64,000 bases of DNA from Podarcis muralis (Eukaryota): assembly GCF_964188315.1 (NCBI RefSeq), contig NC_135656.1:33666001-33730000 (forward strand). Reading direction: 5' to 3'. Below, piece by piece: positions 35,601 to 48,200 of this stretch. Numbering within the stretch: the first letter of the stretch is position 1; each line of letters opens with the position of its first letter. The notes beneath the pieces were generated by a model. The model saw only the letters and a list, made by a program, of their open reading frames with translations, was not told where the DNA came from and searched no databases. Position numbers and translations under genes: made by a program.

Positions 35601-38600
35601 CTGGAGGTGGGCAAATGTTGTCCCCATCTACAAAAAACAAAACGAAAAAGAAGACTCTGGTAACTACTGACTGGTCAGCTTGACACCGATACCAGGAAAG
35701 GTTCTAGAACAGATAATTAAATGGTCTGTCTGTGAGCTGTGATTACTAAGAATCATCATGGGTTTCTTAAAAACAAGTCATGCCAGAGGTTAGATAGCTA
35801 TCTGTCATTGATGCTTTAGTGGAGAATCCTGCATTTTGGGGGTTAGACTAGATGATCCCCAGAATCCTTTCAAACTCTACAATTCAATGATTCTATGATA
35901 AAATAAATCAAAAGTAGAAGGGAAAAACATCAAAGTATATGCATTGACCATTCACCTTTTTGTGCATGTAAGTTTGTTTATGGACTGAACATTTGCAGAA
36001 GATAACTTGCTTTCTAAAGCATTTTCCAACAGCGGGTCTCATATTTTCTGAACTTCTTCCATTGAATCTGTTGTGTAGAAAGTAATAGAGCCTTTTAAGT
36101 AAGCTAATTACAGTATGGGGAGAGAGAAATATTGAAAGACCAATGCTAAAGTCCTTTACTTTGATATTCCATTGAGTCTGATGTGATTTCCTTCCTTCCT
36201 AGTATACTGTGTAGTCTAAGATAAATTTAACTTCCATCTGAAATTACAAGTTTATTAAGGACTGTGGAATTTGTATTCTCTCTTTCTGTGTATTCTTTCC
36301 ATTGCTCCCTGTGACCTTTAGAATTCCAAATGACACTGTGATAGATTATTTGAATTTAAATTTTATGCATTTTCCTCATATGTTTGGATTATGTATTTTT
36401 CTGTTTATGTACTGTAAACCACCCTGTGACCCTCTGATGAAAGGCAGTATATAAATTAAATAAATATTAATAATAATGCAGCCAACAAAATGGAAAAGAA
36501 ATGCCACAAGATCTTTGCATCCTTAGAATTATTTGCAGTTTTAAAACAAATCAGTGGTATCCACTGGGCAATTTTCATCCTAGAAAAGCCTTCTGTCTCC
36601 CTCCCAATGTCCCTGTTTGTCTTTACTCCCCTCCCTTTCAGTGCAGTAATAACTTTCAAACACTGTATCTCGGAGCTGGGAAAGAGGAGGAGTGAATGAC
36701 TGACATAAAGTCCTATTTCATGGTTTAATGTCCCAAAAGTCCTCTGGAAATGGTCTCTGTTCCCGTGCTTCAAGAATGGAAGTTGAATGCCATGTACGTA
36801 ATGAGAATATTTAGACAGATTAAGTTGCTCTCTGATGAGTTGCCTGCCTGTGCAGCATTTTTAATATTGCTCTGCAGACTCCAGCACACCTAAGTGGCTA
36901 CACTGTCTGCACACAGTCTGTGGGGCCTGCATTAACCTTCGTCCTGCACAAATTTTACTGTTACCTCATCTCTCTTGTAAATTACCTCTGAAAGTACAGC
37001 CTTGCAAAATAAACAGGCAATGGAAAATGTTGTTGAGATGCTTAAATCATTCTCTCCGCCACCCCACCCCGCAGCCCCATTATGTTATTTGAGGCTCTGC
37101 TCTGCTTCTATTATTTTGGAAGACAACAGAAGGGTTTTGAAGTTGAACTATTCATTCATGGTACATTATCAATATGTTCTTTGTAATTCAGCCTAGGAGC
37201 TTGGGTGACAATTATATTTCACCCAGTGACCATGGTAATGTGAAATATTTATGGTTTAAGCAAATAACTTACAGTCTCACATTGTTTTCTGGTAGCTGAG
37301 TCTCATCCTCTAAAGCCAACATGATATGATTCTCTTAATTGCCCTGTAACAAGAAAGATTTGCACGGCTTCATCGCTCCTTACATACTCTTTGCATGTTA
37401 CAGTTGAATTCCTTTTTTAGTGCAAGCCACAGTTTGAAACATGATTAGAAGCTGATTTGCAATCCTGGTTTGTAGGTGCAATCCATAGTTTGTCAGTTTG
37501 AATATAATGCTGACAACAGTTTGCCCCATAGAAGAAGTAATTGAATGGTTCTGATCAGGTTAAAGCTAGAGCATGGCTTTCTTATGTATTGCCAAAGCCA
37601 TGCTTTGGTATCTTAAAAGATCCCCGAATTGTCATAAACCATGTTCTGGGTCTAAAAAGGATATAGACTAGTTGTTTGGTAGTTCAATCATATCTTTTGA
37701 AATGGCACACCCGGATCTTTGCTACATGTTTCTGAATAAAGTGAGCCACTTGTATTCTGCATAAGCTGGTTTTGATTTGTGCTTTCACCGTAATAATGAA
37801 ACTATGTGTGTACTGTACATTATTTTATACATTCCATGGATTACAGATGTGCAATAGCACTCACATTGCTAGAATAGAGACAGTTTTAACTGGAGCAATA
37901 AGTAGCCATCCAGAGGGTTGGAGCCAGGATGCAGCACAATAATTGCAAGCATCACCTCTGCTCTCCACCCAAACAGCTTTGCTTTCCCCCTCTGCTGTTC
38001 ATCTACCTTCAGGGCACAGACGGAAAATGACTGAAGCTCCCAAGGCAGGGGAGGATAATACTGGTTTGGAAATAGGCTTTGCAGAAGGCACTCTCTCCCT
38101 CCTGGCTTTGTGCTGTTTTGAGACGTTCTGGTACATCTGTTCTTTTAGGGTTTGGGCTGAGACTGTTTAGCTAATCAGGACAGGAACTGGTATCTGTGCA
38201 TACAGGTTCACAGATGCTGCAGCGTTACAGGGAGCCCAGCGGGTGCAGGCTGAGCGAAGATGGGAGCACAGATGGTTTAATGGAGATTATCCCAGTTGGA
38301 CACATGCTAGTGCAGTGAATAAAATGAGGGCTCGCAAGCACTTACCGATTCTCTTCAGAAAGGGACAATGTCACCCTAACCTGAAACTGATTGGAATACT
38401 GAGCAAGTTTAGCCCCGCCCGTCTGATAAAGAGGCAATCCTCNNNNNNNNNNNNNNNNNNNNNNNNNNNNNNNNNNNNNNNNNNNNNNNNNNNNNNNNNN
38501 NNNNNNNNNNNNNNNNNNNNNNNNNNNNNNNNNNNNNNNNNNNNNNNNNNNNNNNNNNNNNNNNNNNNNNNNNNNNNNNNNNNNNNNNNNNNNNNNNNNN

Positions 38601-41600
38601 NNNNNNNNNNNNNNNNNNNNNNNNNNNNNNNNNNNNNNNNNNGGACGGATTTTATAGCAGCTATCCCATCTGGCTCTGAGCAGTTCATACACACACAAAT
38701 TTTTTTTGATATGAAGAGAACAGAGGCTGCCTTATACATTCAAAGGAGTCTTCTCTATTGAGATACCAAAGCTGAATATGTCAGGTACTTTCATTGTATG
38801 AAAACATAATTAAAGGATTCATATACACTGGAGCACCATGATCAGGATAGGGACCCACCTAGTATCAAATATAGGTTTAGACCATAGCGATCAGTGAGAG
38901 CAAAAGGTGTAGCATATTTATGCTGCAGCTCAGTAACATCTTATGGGCAATTTTGTAACAGAAAACATGCAGGAAACCCTCTTTTGGGAGCCTTGCCCAT
39001 TTGTCCTTGTCTCTGAGCAAATCTTTTCTGTGTACAGTCATACCTCAGGATGAATACGCTTCAAGTTAAGCATTTTCGGGTTGTGCTCTGTGGCGACCCG
39101 GAAGTAACGTAGCACGTTACTTCCGGGTTTCGCCGTGCGCAGACGCTCAAAATGACGTCATGTGCGGAAGCGGCAAAACCAGACGCGCAGTCGCGTGTTA
39201 TGTTCGCTTCAGGATGTGAACGGGGCTCCGGAATGGATCCCGTTTGCATCCAGAGGTACCACTGTATTGTCAGAGTTGCATGGGTCTTGCAGTGCAAGAT
39301 GGCGTCCAGCATGCATCTTGAAACAATGAATTGTATGTATAATCAATTCTGTTGTGTTGGCATAGATTTTCATTCTGATGTCATTAAATGCCAGAGATCA
39401 TCAGAGTTGCAAGGGCCTTATAATTAGTTAAGATAATGCCGGTAGTTATGCTTCATGTTAATTTATATGGATATTTGCATGTACACATCAGTATGTGTTC
39501 TCTTGTATTTGCACTGACTTTGGCCTGGAAAGTAGTGAATCCTGTTTAATGTTCATAGCTGCAAAATCACAATTTAAAAAACACACCTGCAAACCACCAT
39601 TTTGAATTGTGTGGCCCTTGCAACTCTGCCAGTGGTTGTTATTTATGTATTGAGTTAAGGGGACCAGACGAGCATCTGCGCCAAATTTCAGCTTTACCTG
39701 ATCAGTTTCAATAAAACCACCAAAAAAATGCTTGTGGGCTAGGTGACAAACAGCCCTCATTCCTGACCTTGCCCAAAAATGGCACCATAATGAAGTACAC
39801 AGAGAAGCAACCACTTTGTAACACGTTGGTAGTCTTGGCTTCAGATAATATTTAACCATTTTTTGTGATAGTTAAATAAGCATCACTTGACTGATCAGTT
39901 TACAGTATTTGATGGTTCACTTGACTGGTTGCTGACTCTAGTTTAGGCATGCTTAAGCCTTGAAAGTGCTTTTTGTTTGTTGCCTTTTAATAATTGCAGA
40001 TTTACAAAAGTTTTGGAAATAGAAGTTCTAGCATAACTGCACAAAGTAACGTGGAGTTGAGGAAGTGTATGCACACATCTTGATACAATTTTGACTAGAG
40101 CAGGTGTGAGAGGCATGAATGTCGTAAGGCAGGGGTGCCCAAACTTTTTTCAAAGAGGGCCAGATTTGATGAAGTGAACATGCGTGAGGACCAACCAAAG
40201 TTATTAAGCTTTTTTTCTTTTTTTAGGTTTGAAGTTGTTGAGCTATTTTTAGAATTTTACCCCAAAATTGTTGAGCTTTTTTTTGGGGGGGGGGATTTTG
40301 GGATTTTACCCAGGACATATACTGCCATGGGGGCAGGATTAAATTGACCAGCCCCCAAAATGGACTTTAGGCATGAAAGGATATTTTTCGCTCCATAAGA
40401 CACACCTGACCATAAGGCGCACCTAGTTTTTAGAGGAGGAAAGCAAGAAAAAAATATATTCTGAACGAAACAGTAGGTGTATGATTTTTGTGGTTCATGC
40501 TGTGGCCACAGACATGTGATTTGACGGTGAGTTTGGGGTAGCCCAGTGCAAAAATCCTGAGAATCCATGTGGATCCATGCTTTGTAGCCACGTTTTTGCA
40601 CCATTGCGGCCCCATGCAACAGTGGGTGCGTGATTTTTTTGGTGCAGGCTGTAGCCATGGACATGCTATGTGATCTGATGGTGAATTTGGGGTGACCCAA
40701 TGCAAAAATCCTGAGGATCCATGTGATCTGTGCTTTGTAACCACGTTTTTGTGCCATTGCGACTCCAGGAAACAGTGGGTGCGTGATTTTTTTGGTGCAG
40801 GCTGTAGCCATGGACATGCTGTGTGATCTGATGGTGAATTTGGGGTGAATGAGGATCCATGGGCTTTTACCTCTCCCCTCCCAGGCAGCCTCCCTAGCGT
40901 CCCTTATCTCTCTCCTGATCCCACCGATCAGCTGCTTCCTTTCAACACTCCCTTCCCTCTTGTTTGCCTTAGTGTCCTTAGCTGAAGCAGTTTTTTGCTC
41001 CTCCTTTTCTTCTAATTTCTCTCATTGATTTAGTCTTCCTGTCTCCTCTCCTTGCAAGTTTGCTGTCTTTACCTCCCTTTTCCCAGGCAGTCTCCTTTAT
41101 TGCTATCTCGCTTCTGATCACTTGGCCTTTGTTTCAACACCCAATTCCCTCTTTCTTTCTTTTTTTTAAAAAAGGCATGATCTGCTTTTTGCCCCTGAGC
41201 AATTCAGCTCCAGGGACCACGTATTCACTCCATAAGATGCACAGACATTTCCCCTTACTTTTTAGGAAGAAAAAAGTGTGTCTTAAGGAGCGAAAAATAC
41301 TGTAACTAATGAGCTAAATGCCCACAACTAACTGGTTTTCTTTGCCCATACCATGATTTTGAGAAACTGATGAGTTGTCACTTGCTTCAACCACATTAGC
41401 TTTGAGAAATCTGCTTGATTGCACTTTGCAAGCCCAGGTTGCTCCAAACACTGGATCACTATCTATGTGATTCTGTAATTATTATTCTCTCACCCTCTGA
41501 AAGTAGAAGAATGCAGTTCCTTACTTCTTGGTGTAGAACGTAGCATGCAGGCCTGTTAATATGACATTCCCTTCTTTCAGGGCCATTAGTCTTCCATTAA

Positions 41601-44600
41601 CTTGGTAAATTCATTCTGTCAATTGCCTGCTTTTCAAAGACAGCTCAGTCCTATTTTATAGCATTTTTCTTTCAGCCTATTATTTCCAGCCTGAACCCAA
41701 AGTTGTAGACAGACAAATGACCTGTTTGAGCTTTTGCTTAATTTGACATAGCTGAGATAGTGGCAGATTTCCTCTCCTCCCTGTTCTGCAAGTAAAACCT
41801 CAGGGTCCTTTAGAATCGGCTTCTGAGAGGATGAATTTGATTTCTTGTTTCCTTCTTGATGACACTGTTGAGTTGGGACAACAGAAAGCTCAGGTACCTT
41901 AGTGCTCCAGGGTGGGAACTGATCCTTGGATCTACATTGAAGGGAGACTTCAGGAAAATAGAAACTGCTGGCTTTAAAGGATTAGCTTGTCTCTCTTTAC
42001 AGAAAGATCGATAACACACTGGACCTGAATGTGTTCTTTGTACAGAGATGTCGCTGTACTTCATGATGTGAAATTTTTCTATTCTTTTTAATTGAAGCCT
42101 GGATTATGCTGTCACTCATTCTGACTCTGAGCTTTTCTGGAGGAATTGTCTTAAGAAAGGGCTTTTGCAGTCAGTTGTCCCATTCCAAACACCATAACCA
42201 TGGCCTATACAGAGAACAAATATTTGTCTTGCATTGCTATGCCAAGGGGCATAGTTTGACTTAAGAGGCAATCCAGTCCAAAGAGCTGCAGCTCAGCTGC
42301 AGCAGTTGGGAACATATACTGAAAGTTTGCCATGCTAAACCACAGTGTGGCAGCCTTTCAACAAAGATTTGCTGTCCTTAAAAGAATTTGGTGACGTCAA
42401 AGTATATCTAGATTAGCCAAAAGAGGGTAATTGTGTATTATAGCAATGAGTCTTATGAAGCAAGTGCTTTAGATGAAATTAACTATTTTGATGGGCTGCA
42501 CATATTCTATATGTCTGAGATCAGGTTTATTGGGGGGGGGGGGACTTTTTTTTTTTTAAAAGTGTGGGTACTGTCTCCCAGCACTTTAGATTAAAGAATA
42601 TCCACAGTTCTTCATGGGCATCTCATTTGAGTGACTGGAGGCAAATGAGGACAGGTCTACTCTGGTTTTAATATTTGAGCGCATGAGAGAATTTTGGTAC
42701 ATTCAATAATGTCAAACGGGGCAAGAAGCTGCAGTCACTGAAAATTTTTCTTAGTTGATATTACATTGGTTTGCCAGGTCTTTGAATTTAATGTTCTCTC
42801 TGTTAACAACTAATTGTATTCGCCCCTCATGGTTCCTTGGAATTGATCCTTCTTCCATTCCAAAATTAAGTTGCTATTTCACATTATAGTAATAATAAAT
42901 CTGAAAAGCTTGTGTTATGTGACTTCAAACCTTTCTTATTGAAAAGAAAAGAAGTGACACAATTTTGGCATTAAAAGGGTACTCAGCTGTTAAACCTTCA
43001 AGGAATTTGAATTCATGGAAATCAGAATAACTGTTTATATCCCTTTTGCCTTCTTACTTGGGTGTCGTGGCTAAGATGAGATTTGAATTGGAGGCTTACA
43101 GCTTATACACTTAAACCAGAGGTTTTCACCCTTTTTGAGTCCATGGCTCCCTTAACCAACTACATTCTTTCTGAGGCACCCTTGTGGGGATCAGGAGCCC
43201 AGTTATGTCACCCCTTGCCTGCAGAGTTGGCAGCCTCTCACCCTTTTGCAAACACCCTCCCTTGTGAAGTGTTCCCTCAGCCTCCTCTCCTGTCTCTCCT
43301 CTTTGGGAGTCCTCTGAGCAGCCCCAGTCTCTGAGCTGTCCCCCCTGCCCCAAAGAGTTGGTGCCTCCCAGAGGCACCATTCGCCTGTGGAGCTTATAGC
43401 CAGGGCTGCTGCAATAATCAGCTGTGCAAGCCTTTGGGAGGCAAGAGGGCATTGGATGGAGGGAAGGAAAGAGGGACAGAGGCCAGTGTTGCCTATGGCA
43501 CCTCAACCATCATTCAAGGCACCCCAGGGTGCTGTAGCACACTGGTTGAAAACCACTGTCTTAAACTTTTGCAGTACAGTAACTATATAGACAGAGGTGC
43601 TTCTTTATTTTACTGGATTTCCATACACCTATGTTTAAAAAAGGGATTTTAAAGCAGCCTACAATTAAATTATATTAGAATAATAAAACAATCATGCAAA
43701 CAAAATAAAACCTCAAAGCAAAAAATAAATTAGAATAAAAGCAGCAAACTAAATAAAAGAGCTAGCAGTTAAAGACACATTGAGGTAGTGCTGTCTTAAC
43801 CTCCTTGTGGAATGCTAAAAGATATGGAGCCAAATTCATAGGTATTGTGCCCTCAAAGTGAGGTTGGAGCTGGAGAGTAGGATGAAAAATAGATGAATAC
43901 TTAAATGGTCCTGATACAGGCAGCCCCTGAGGACTGTGAGAGTGCTGAACTACCAAACAAAATAATTTCTGTCCCAAGGGAGCAGCTGTTCACCAGCCAA
44001 ATAATGGGATAAGCCTGTGAAGGCTTACTTTTGGGGAGCAGAGTTTATTGAGTTGTCTAAACTTACTGTGTGTGGTAAATACACAGCACCCTCAGTGATG
44101 AAGAAAACAGACACCTAAACTTTGTGAGATATGTACTTGACAATGTATGTTAGTAATCATAAAATATTTTTTTTTTGGGGGGGACACAAATTTAGTTTTT
44201 TCTACCGAATGCTTATTGTACAAATGTGCATCAATACATCAAATTCAATTCATTTTGCAATTCTAATGGCAGTGGCAGATTTGGATTCCATCCCTGCCAG
44301 TGGCATGGTCTAGCTTGGGTTCAGACCAGCGGCACTGACATTGCTGGTGTGTGTTTGAGCAAACAGTGGCCCTGTTGGGGCCACATAAGGGCACCAGTGG
44401 GAATATCAATGTCAGTCCAGTGCTCTTGCCACTACAAGTGTGTGGCCCCAACATCACTACTTCTCTGCCTCGCCTCAGCCCTGCCTAGGTAAGTAACAGC
44501 AACACAAGGTAGCTGGCTAGTTCCACCTTAGCACATGTACCACTGCTTGTTCAGACAAAAGAACCAGGGAATTATCTCAACCCAAATAAACAATACAGAT

Positions 44601-45204
44601 AAAGCATTGGCCATACTGATATTTGAGATAGGGATGTGTGAAGCTGAGGTACAAAGTTGGAAGACACACACACACAGTCCTAAAAACCTAGAAATAGCAG
44701 TTAAATAGCAAAACCAATATCCTTCCCTGTGGTTTCACTACCTATGGGGCAAACTCATATATTCATTGAATTAATTTTTACCTTTAGTCCACTGCTGATG
44801 CAAACTTTAGAGAAACATTTTGTCATCTTTTGAGAGCAAATACAACTCTTGCAGAGCAGACTTAGGATATTGTTATTATTCATTAAATTTCCATACTGCC
44901 TTTCATCTGAGGATCTCAGAGCGACTTACAATATAAAAACACAAAAATATGTAACATAGAAAGAAACAAAAACACCGCCATGTGTTGCTCTGTACAGTAG
45001 AAGCAGTTTGGCACATTTCAGCTATTTTCTTGTAGTCATTTGCTTTTCTTCCCTTCCCCCTCTGTGTTGATGTAATTAGAAGATACAGAATGGAGAAGGT
45101 TGGAAGCCAAGGAGGCGCTAAAGTGATTACAAGATACTGCACCATAAATACTCCGGCAATGAAGAATTAAACAGTCACCTTAGAAAATTGGCAGTGTCTG
45201 TATT

Positions 45205-45239
<35 letters not shown>

Positions 45240-48200
45240 AAAAAATGACAATGGAAGCATATTTGCACTATAGATGCAAGCTTGCTTTTTGCTATGACTT
45301 CGTTCTATTGGTGCTAGGAACCACATTCCTTTTGTCAAATAGCTTTCTGAAAAACATTCTGGGTCTTTTAAACATAGCAAGGGAGAAACAGGATGCAACT
45401 CACTGAGTTTAATAATTTTTGTTAAACTATATCAGGCCTTGATAAAAGCTGGTCTTTTAGTTTATAGCAAAGATGACATAGTTGACAATGACAATTCATG
45501 CTTTTATCATAATATTGCACTAATGTGAGCATTCCTTAACTGTGAATGAGCACAGCAGTTCATTATCTTCAAATGATTCAGTTTTTGTCCCCTTCTTTCA
45601 TTGGAAAGAAAGAAGAAGCTGAGGCCAGGTTGATTAGATTAGCAATCTAATCCTTACAACAAGCTTTTAAAATCAAGGCAGGAGTATGTTTCCCTAGCTC
45701 TTGGTACTGGGTTCAATTCCAAAACTTTAATTACTTTTAAATCCTTTATATGCATAGGATACATATTCTAAAGGTTCAGAAATTAATTGGTAGCCCTATT
45801 TATACCTATTTCGAAAGTTAACAAAAACATTTGTCACTCTTGAGCCTAAGAATTATAATCATCATAATGCTGAATAGGTGTTTTTAAGTGTGGCTAAGCA
45901 TGGAATAAGACAATTGTATCATAAACCATGCAGTATGTACAGTGGAATCGAGAAAATTGATTTCTGATGATTTATTTCGCCATTGAGCAAAAATCCCATT
46001 TAAAATCCAGCTTGCATCTGAGCCTTCTTGGTGAAGCACATTTACTTTCTCTGTCTTTTTTTTTTTTAAATCATCTTCAATAACTTGCAAATTACAAAAT
46101 TGACATGCTATTTTCTTAGATATCAGCATCATAACAGCTATCATAGCTCTTAATTTTTATAATTTAAGCCTTCCAAAGGTTTTTGGAGAGTGCTGCCCAA
46201 GCGGATGGAATCTTCTGTTTCCTGTGATTTGTATCATAAAACTGTGAAGGATAAAGCTTAGATTTTAGCTCAAGAGCCATCTGGTGCTTTTGCTGAAGAT
46301 CAGAATTCATATGAGAGGGAGAAGCATGTCAACTGTCAAACTGCAAAGACAAGACAGATGGCATGCAAGGTTCAGGAAGGAGTGTTCAAGGGAGTGTTGG
46401 CCATCAGATCAAGAGGGGACTTGGGCCCCTTTTCTGCTCTTGATATTTGCAGTTGATTGGTTGTAATATCAATGTGTGCGATGCCGTTGCAGTGTTCACA
46501 GCTTCTGTAATGGGGGCATAAGGACAGTAGTTGCTGGGGGTTTTGTCATAAAATTACTCCACCAGCTATTGCTAATGGCCTTACAGGCTGAAAACAGATA
46601 GACTAAACCAACAGTGATGACTAGTTTTTGGAGCAGTAAATACAGTAAATAGAAGCGCTATACTTGAAATTGTTTTTAAGGTGATTGAAACACTTTTATT
46701 GTGATTTGAAGCACGTTAGTACCTCCTTAAATGACCTAGTGCTTACCAGCAACTAACTCCAGAGCTTGTTACTTAGGCCGTTAGCTACCTTGTGAACTCT
46801 GGGTCAGTTTGCAGAATGGGCAGTTTAAAAAAATCTAAGGTGCTTGCCTCTGTCAGCAACATAACTTTGCTTACTGGCTTTATTATTGCTTACACATCTA
46901 CCAAGGATCTTATTCAACCTTCAAAGCTATCACAACATTTTAATGTCCTTTGTTGAAGAGATCTTCAGCAGAGCTGTTATTTATCCTCTATTGAAGGACA
47001 TTCTGTTTTTCTGCTCCTTAAAGTACACGGTTGGCTTTTACTGCCCCACACCTCGCAGCTGTAGGCCAGGCAGTAGCCTTGCCAGTGCAGGCAGTAGTAT
47101 TTCTCCAACCCCCACACAATTAAATGACATTGGAAAATGTGAGACTCTATACTGCTCTCGTATGGGAAAAGGGCTGTTTAAAAATAACCACATTTCATTG
47201 GTAAGAGTAGGTAGGGTTGGTGGATAAATTTGATTCAGTTTGTATTTAAAGGTAACTTAGCAAATCTGCATTCTCTGAAAGCATATGTGGAACTAAAACA
47301 CAGCCTTCACTCAAAATTTGTACCTCTCTGAATTTTGCAATGCAATTCTGCAGCCAAATAAGGTGGACAGAAAGCATATACTAAGATAAGTGTGCATATA
47401 AATGCATGTATTAGTGAAAATAACATACAAAAATACAGCATATTAGGGCAAATTGCATACAGAAATGTGTTAATAGAAATTCACACTAAAAGACTGCTGA
47501 TTTTTCATAAGATTTTTTAAAAATAAAAACAAATCACAAATTGCTGCAGAAGTATTGAGAACTGAATTTTAGATTGGACGAATGAGTAAGCTACATACTC
47601 GTAATATAACCCTTTAAACATTTTATGTATGGAATTCTATTACTAACTGCCTAGTCTTGGTGTTTGCAGCAAGATGGTTCAGCTGAGCCCAAGATATTAT
47701 ATTGTTATCTAATAAAAGAATGTAATTTAAAATATTGATGGCAACAGATGCAGAAGGTGAGATTCTGAATTCTGGTACAGGCGCGTAAACGAATGTTGAC
47801 TTTGGGAGGTAATAACAGACCTTAGTACGTCAACACTTTCCCAGCTCTGTAAGCTGGCCTGCTGCTCATTCTCTCACTAGCCTGGAGGCAATTTAGGGAG
47901 ATAAACTGTGTTTCTTCCTCCTCCTCTGCCTCCCGGATCACCTAGCTACTAACTCTGATTGGAAACAAAATATTCAGTAAAAGATACAAAACAGTTGCCA
48001 TCTCACTCTATTGTGTGCTGGGTTGGTCTAGTTCCATATGCAAGGAAACTGGCTTCTTCATTTAGTGCAGAACTTCTGGTTGGTTACTTCAGTGGCCTTT
48101 GATCAATGTTTGTCATTCCAGAACAAGGGTGAGAAACTGGATCCTGCTTGGTGGGCAGGATTCAAAATGGCCTACGTTCTGCAGGCCACTTAGAGTGGGG

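Noticed and set aside
40257-40860. 186-aa and overlapping ORFs with repeated peptide
   Set aside because: Produced by the ~153-bp tandem repeat inside a MITE.
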